A DNA stretch of 64,000 nt, from the NCBI GenBank assembly GCA_035193785.1, contig CP136572.1:4468578-4532577 (forward strand), read 5' to 3'. The first letter of the stretch is position 1; every line of letters begins with the position of its first letter. The stretch is from Planktothrix sp. GU0601_MAG3. GTDB taxonomy: Bacteria > Cyanobacteriota > Cyanobacteriia > Cyanobacteriales > Microcoleaceae. The position numbers and the translations under genes were made by a program. Positions 58,597 through 64,000 of the stretch are shown here, one piece after another. Under the pieces are notes generated by a model that had not been told where the DNA came from, did no database searches, and saw only the letters and a list, made by a program, of their open reading frames with translations.

Positions 58597-61379
58597 ATGT
58601 CCAACCCCCATTTAGTTAAATCTCTGATTAAGATTCCGTTACGTTATGTTTTGGTTGTTCCCTTTTCCGTGTTAATTTTTGGCTCCGTTGGGTTAGTTAG
58701 TTGGCTATCTTTTCAGAATGGACAAAAGGCTGTCTATGATTTAGCTAATCAACTACAACTGGAAATTAGCTCTCGCCTAGAAGACCATCTAAACACTTAT
58801 TTATCCATTCCAATTTCTATTAACAAACTGAATCAAGAAGCCATTAAATTAGGACTATTAAATCTGAATAATTTTCAAACCACAGGACAATATTTTTGGC
58901 AACAACTGAAAATTTTTCCCGATGTGGGGTATATTAGTTTTGGCAGTTCCACAGGGGAATTTATTGGTGCAGGTCGATATCCCGAAGGTAATTTAGAAAT
59001 TAGTGAAGTTTCCCAAAAACGTACTGGAGGAAAGAATTTTTCCTATAAAACCGATCTTCAAGGAAATTTTATCCAACCACCCTATGATACTGCCGATAGC
59101 TATAATTTTAAACCAGAAGCCTGGTATAGTGATCCGGTAAAAGTTGGTCGCGCCGTTTGGAGTAAAATTTATAATTGGGAAGGCTATCCCCAATATATTT
59201 CTATTTCCTATAGTCAACCCCTCTATACTCGAGATCGAAAATTAATTGGAGTATTAAGTGTTGACCAGCAATTACCTCAAATTAGTGATTTTTTAAAAAA
59301 TCTAAAAATTAGTTCATCGGGAAAAATTTTTATTGTAGAACGCAATGGTTTATTGGTCGCCAGTTCCAGCGATGCTCCATCCTATTATGTAGTTAAAAAA
59401 CAAGCTAAACGCATGAAAGGAACGGAAATTAAAGATGATTTAATTAGTTTAACTAGCAAATACTTAGGACAATATTTTATTGATTTAGCTCAAATTAAAC
59501 AAAAACAAAATTTCAGTTTTACTCAAGCTGGAGAAAAATATTTTGTTCAAGTTACACCTTGGAAAAATCAGGTGGGTTTAGATTGGTTAATTGTTGTTGT
59601 GGTTCCCGAATCGGATTTTATGCAGCAAATTAATCAAAATACACGCACAACTATTTTGCTTAGTATTGTTGCTCTCCTAATCGCAACTTTAGTGGGTTTA
59701 ATAACTTCTCGTTGGATTTTGATTCCTTTGAAACCGTTTAAAAGAAGCTGCGATCGCCTTTTCCCAGGGGGATTTTGAACAAAAAATTAACCTAAATCGC
59801 TCCGACGAATTAGGAATTTTAGCTGAAACTTTTAACCAAATGGCACAACAATTAATGGATTATTTTATTACCTTAGAAAAAACCAATCTCGTATTAGAAG
59901 AAAAAGTAGAAGAACGCACCTTAGAACTGAAGCAAGCGAAAGAAATAGCCGAGGTTGCCAACCATGCAAAAAGTGAATTTTTAGCGCGAATGAGTCATGA
60001 ATTGCGAACTCCTTTGAATGCTATATTAGGATTTGCAGGAATGCTAAATAACCATCATAGCCTCGATTCGGAACAAAAAAAGTATACCCAAATTATTAGT
60101 CGAAGTGGAGAACATTTATTATCTTTAATTAATGATGTTCTCGATATGGCTAAAATTGAATCCGGTCATATTTCTCTTAATTTTAGTAGTTTTAACTTAT
60201 ATCACCTACTGGAATTAATTCGACAAATGTTAAACTTAAAAGCGGAATCTAAAGGCTTAAATTTAATTATTGATCGGGATGATAATGTGCCTCAATATAT
60301 AGAAACCGATGAAAAAAAATTACGCCAAATTCTGATTAATTTATTAGGTAATGCCATTAAATTCACCGATACTGGATCAGTTATTTTACGGGTAAAAAGA
60401 GGATCAAATTATGATTTAAAATCCTCGGAAGAAGTGATGCTTGAATTTGAAATTGAAGACACAGGGGTAGGAATTGAAGCAGACCAAATAGAGAGTATTT
60501 TTGAAGCATTTATTCAAACCAAAGCCGGACAAAAAGCCACGGAAGGAACGGGTCTAGGATTATCCATCAGCCGACAGTTTATTCAACTTATTGGCGGAGA
60601 AATTCAGGTAAAAAGCAGTATTGGTAAAGGAACCATATTTTATTTTAAAATCCCCGTACTATTAACTGAAGACGGAGAGAGTTATCAATTTAATAGTCTG
60701 AATCAACTGATCATTGGCATTGCCAATAATAGCCAAATTTATCGGGTTTTAGTTGCCGATGATCGATGGGAAAATCGCCAAGTGCTGCGGGGAATTTTAG
60801 AAACCCATTGGATTTGAAATTCAAGAGGCTAAAAATGGAGAAGAAGCGATCGCCATTGCTTTAAGTTGGTCTCCTCAATTAATCCTTATGGATATGAATA
60901 TGCCGATCATAAATGGATTTAATGCCACCCAATCCATTAAGTCCCAATCTACAGAATCAAACCCAGTAATTATTGCGGTGACAGCGAGTATATTTGAAGA
61001 AGAAAAAGCCCAAATTTTAGCCATTGGATGTGAAGACTATGTGAGTAAACCCGTGCAGAAATCTCTTTTATTAGAAAAAATTGCCGACCATTTAGGCATA
61101 GAATATCAATACTCTGAAGATCAAGATCAGAATCTTGTTTCTGAATTCGATCTGACTTTACAACCCTCTGATTTTAGTCCCATCCCTTTAGATTTAATTG
61201 CACAACTGCATCGAGCTACAATTCAACTCAATGATCAATTAATTTTTGAAATATTAGAAAAAATTCCCAGCGATCAGAGTCATTTAGTCCATACCATCAC
61301 CCATCTAGCACATAATTTTCGGTATGACGTGATTTCAGATACGATAACGGTCTTTTTGTCTCAATCTGCTTCTGTTTGA
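58597..61379 (+). CDS. Hybrid sensor kinase, Cache-HAMP-HisKA-HATPase-REC (frameshifts at 59730-59734 and 60800-60804)
   Basis: [52 protein letters not shown]. Confidence 0.9.
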
Positions 61380-61452
61380 TCGGTTATTTAATCACAGCCA
61401 AAAAATAAAGCCCGAGACTAATAAATAATCCCAGGCTCTATTTTATCTTTAG

Positions 61453-61525
61453 TACCCCCAAGGGAATTCGAATCCCTGTCGCCTCCGTGAAAGGGAGGTG
61501 TCCTAGGCCTCTAGACGATGGGGGC
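61453..61525 (-). tRNA. trnE: tRNA-Glu (UUC), CCA not encoded
   Basis: Reverse complement GCCCCCATCGTCTAGAGGCCTAGGACACCTCCCTTTCACGGAGGCGACAGGGATTCGAATTCCCTTGGGGGTA; cloverleaf, anticodon TTC. Confidence 0.97.
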
Positions 61526-61589
61526 TTAGGGTGTCTTGCAATTAACTTTTCCTCGGTTGAGTTTGAGTCATTCGCCTTTCACCTTTATT

Positions 61590-61618
61590 AATGTAGCCTA
61601 TCTCTTTATCGGTGTCAA
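61590..61618 (-). promoter_or_regulatory. tRNA-Glu promoter, TTGACA-N17-TACATT
   Basis: Consensus -35 and 17-nt spacer about 65 nt upstream of the tRNA. Confidence 0.65.
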
Positions 61619-61647
61619 CCCTTTGAGCAAAATTTGTTTAATTTTTT

Positions 61648-62695
61648 TTAGATTGGGCTGAAATCTTTTTCACAGAAGGCCTGTAGCACTTTAATACAAT
61701 TGGCGATCGCCCCCAAATGGGCCAATTCATAGCCATGGGTGTTCTGAGTTGGGAAACCCAAGCAAGCCGCCCGGGCTACATGGCCAAATTTCATGGCGAT
61801 GGAAGCATCACTCCCAAAGCCACTAAGAATCGTCAATTGTAACGGTACTCCGGCGGTGGCCGCCACCTGTCGCAATTGACCATTCAAACCCTCATCATAA
61901 ACACCATAGCTATCCTGGGACAGCAACACCGGTTTTTCATCCCCTTCAATCGGATATTCCGGTGCCAGGGGGCAAATTTCCAGGGCAATTAACGCCTCTA
62001 GGGTTTGTCTTTGGGTAAAATACAAGGCCCCAATCGCTCCCACTTCCTCCTTAGCTGAAGCCACCAAATACACATCAATCGGGGGATGTTTGACGGTTTC
62101 TGCTAAGGCTAATAAAATCGCCAGAGAAGCTTTATTATCGAGGGTATAACTGGCAATATAATCCTTAATTCGGATGGGTTTTTTACGATGTTTTCCCACA
62201 ACTACCCGGGTTTCCTGGGCGAATTCCTGCGGTTGCTAATTCTTCGGTTGTACATTTGGTTTCAACCCAAGTATCTTCCCATTTCAAGGCTTTTTCTTCC
62301 TGGTAAACTTTTTGAGGAGATTCATGGGAAATATGACGAGAACCAAAGCTCAAAATCCCGCTCAGAGTTTGATGATCTCCTAATAAATCGACCACTCCTT
62401 CCCCATAAACCCAAGGAAATGATCCCCCCAATTTTCTAACGGAAACCCGTCCCTTTTCTCCAATGGTTTTAACGATCATGCCAATTTCATCTTTATGGGC
62501 GGTAATGGCGAGCGCTCTTTCTGAAGTTTGACCGGGAATTTTAGCAATAATATTATCAGCTTGATCCTGCCAAACTTCTACACCCAGTTGAGAAAATCGT
62601 GCTAATAACCATTGATTAATTTCCGATTCTACCCCACTGGGAGAATGTTGCAAAACTAATTGTTCAATGGTTTGAAATAATACCTGATAATCCAT
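61648..62695 (-). CDS. M42-family aminopeptidase (frameshift at 62210-62214)
   Basis: SPSG.E, AHKDEIG, LDNKAS, EEVG, GSDA, NTHGYE. Confidence 0.88.
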
Positions 62696-62723
62696 TTAAT
62701 TTGTCCTCAATTCCATCGTCCCA

Positions 62724-62918
62724 TCAAGAATTATCGGGAGTCGGTTTTAATAATAATGCCACAATTAAAGCCGGGGTTCCACCAATTAATCCAATCATTA
62801 ACCATCGGGGATAACTGCGTCCTTTTTGTTGGGCGACAAATGCCGCGATCGCACCGATAATACCATGAAGAATTGCTAAAGTTAAAACTATAGAAGGGTC
62901 ATTTAAGGAATCAAACAT
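62724..62918 (-). CDS. Small membrane protein
   Basis: Two TM helices around A..KGR...W. Confidence 0.7.
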   Translation of the reverse strand: MFDSLNDPSIVLTLAILHGIIGAIAAFVAQQKGRSYPRWLMIGLIGGTPALIVALLLKPTPDNS

Positions 62919-62991
62919 TTTAGGTTAAACCCAATGTATTTTTGGGAGGAATAGGAAATGGGCAATGGGGAAGATATAGAGTCTTTCGCAA

Positions 62992-64000
62992 TTAATTTTT
63001 ATTCCAAATTCGATTCCACCAGGAATCTGAAGTGGATTCTATCCAATTAATTCGGCGACGAATATCTTCAATTTTCCAGCCAGTTAATGTGGCTAAGTTT
63101 TGTGCTTCCTGTTGCTGTCTTTGGCGAACAGATTGCCGATATTGTTGGGCTTGTGAACACTCGATGGATTCACGATAGGGATGATTAATAATATATCGAC
63201 CCTGAAAGTTGGTTTGGTTTGCTGTTTCTTGAAAATTCAAATCTTCAGGAAAGGTATTGCGGGCATAGCGAATATGTAAGCGAGTAATAAAGGTGGAATT
63301 TCCCCCCGGGGAATCTAACCAAAATACCCCCGCTTGCTTTAATTCTTCTGTCGTTAAGGGATCGGCAGAACAAGGATCACATCCAGCCATATTCCAAGCA
63401 TATTCTAAAAAGGCAACTTTTTTCTGTTCCCGTTCATAAATTGTATTGAATAGGGATTTATAAAAACCCGGAAAAACTTCTTTGACAAATTCAGGAATAT
63501 CTTGATCGGAAGGAATTTTAACGGTGCGATAATTGGTTAATTCAACTTGACCTTTTGGAGACAGTAAATAAACAATTAAATCCTGTTCTCCTTTGCCATT
63601 AATCATCCCTAAACGAATCGGTAACATAAACCGAGGGGATTCGTAGGCAATCATTAAAGGTCGTAGGGTTTGGAACCCACTTTGATCGAATTTTTCTAAA
63701 TTAACTTTAGCAACAAAAAATTTTAATCCCTGTTGAATATAGGGTTTTAATAAAGTGCTGGCTCCTGGGGGAATTTGATAACCATTTTGAATTAACCAGG
63801 TTTCTAAACCATCGGATTCTTTGGCACTTAAAATCAAAATATCGTATTCTCCCACACTGAAACGGGCTTCAATGGTCACTCCTAAACCCGACTGAGCTTC
63901 CCGTTGTTTGTCCATTTCTAAGGTGACATTTCCCCCTCTGGTGGCGGGTAATGGGGCTTGGGGGTAAGGATTACAGGGATCGGGATCGAAATATTCCACC
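62992..64000 (-). CDS. DUF2330-family protein (5' part outside the window)
   Basis: VGEYDILILSA, FFVAKV, MLPIRLG, FITRLH. Confidence 0.75.
   Translation of the reverse strand, partial: VEYFDPDPCNPYPQAPLPATRGGNVTLEMDKQREAQSGLGVTIEARFSVGEYDILILSAKESDGLETWLIQNGYQIPPGASTLLKPYIQQGLKFFVAKVNLEKFDQSGFQTLRPLMIAYESPRFMLPIRLGMINGKGEQDLIVYLLSPKGQVELTNYRTVKIPSDQDIPEFVKEVFPGFYKSLFNTIYEREQKKVAFLEYAWNMAGCDPCSADPLTTEELKQAGVFWLDSPGGNSTFITRLHIRYARNTFPEDLNFQETANQTNFQGRYIINHPYRESIECSQAQQYRQSVRQRQQQEAQNLATLTGWKIEDIRRRINWIESTSDSWWNRIWNKN

Noticed and set aside
61380..61640. tRNA-Glu as an integration site for an island
   Set aside because: No integrase and no duplicated tRNA 3' end seen in the window.

Overview
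AT-rich chromosome segment of a filamentous cyanobacterium (Oscillatoriales, Planktothrix-like by inference: many HIP1 GCGATCGC octamers, heptamer STRR tracts, several REP-like palindrome families). Housekeeping genes: bvdR, two tandem petF ferredoxins, RppA/RppB-type two-component system, VKOR, speB, ubiA/plqA, ppx, a cellulose-synthase-like GT2, pilMNOQ, hup, cobD, GUN4, hpsJ-like, txlA, a hybrid histidine kinase and tRNA-Glu. An accessory island (about 11.0-20.0 kb) carries an HTH-iSTAND / MoxR / vWA / FGE-sulfatase ternary-type conflict system. It is transcribed divergently from an Fe(II)/2OG dioxygenase + YbaK deacylase + Cys-rich membrane protein operon and ends in an ISAs1 element. Two window-wide signals stand out. 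(i) About 32 of the 33 apparent frameshifts I traced are +1 insertions turning GAAC/GTTC into GAAAC/GTTTC. These look like motif-specific sequencing errors at the classic Dnd phosphorothioation motif, not pseudogenes. (ii) Two tandem duplications of gene 3' ends (at least 5 x 231 bp and 2 x 267 bp) are both centred on the same ATCACGGATT palindromic element. All family assignments come from motif recognition, not database searches.
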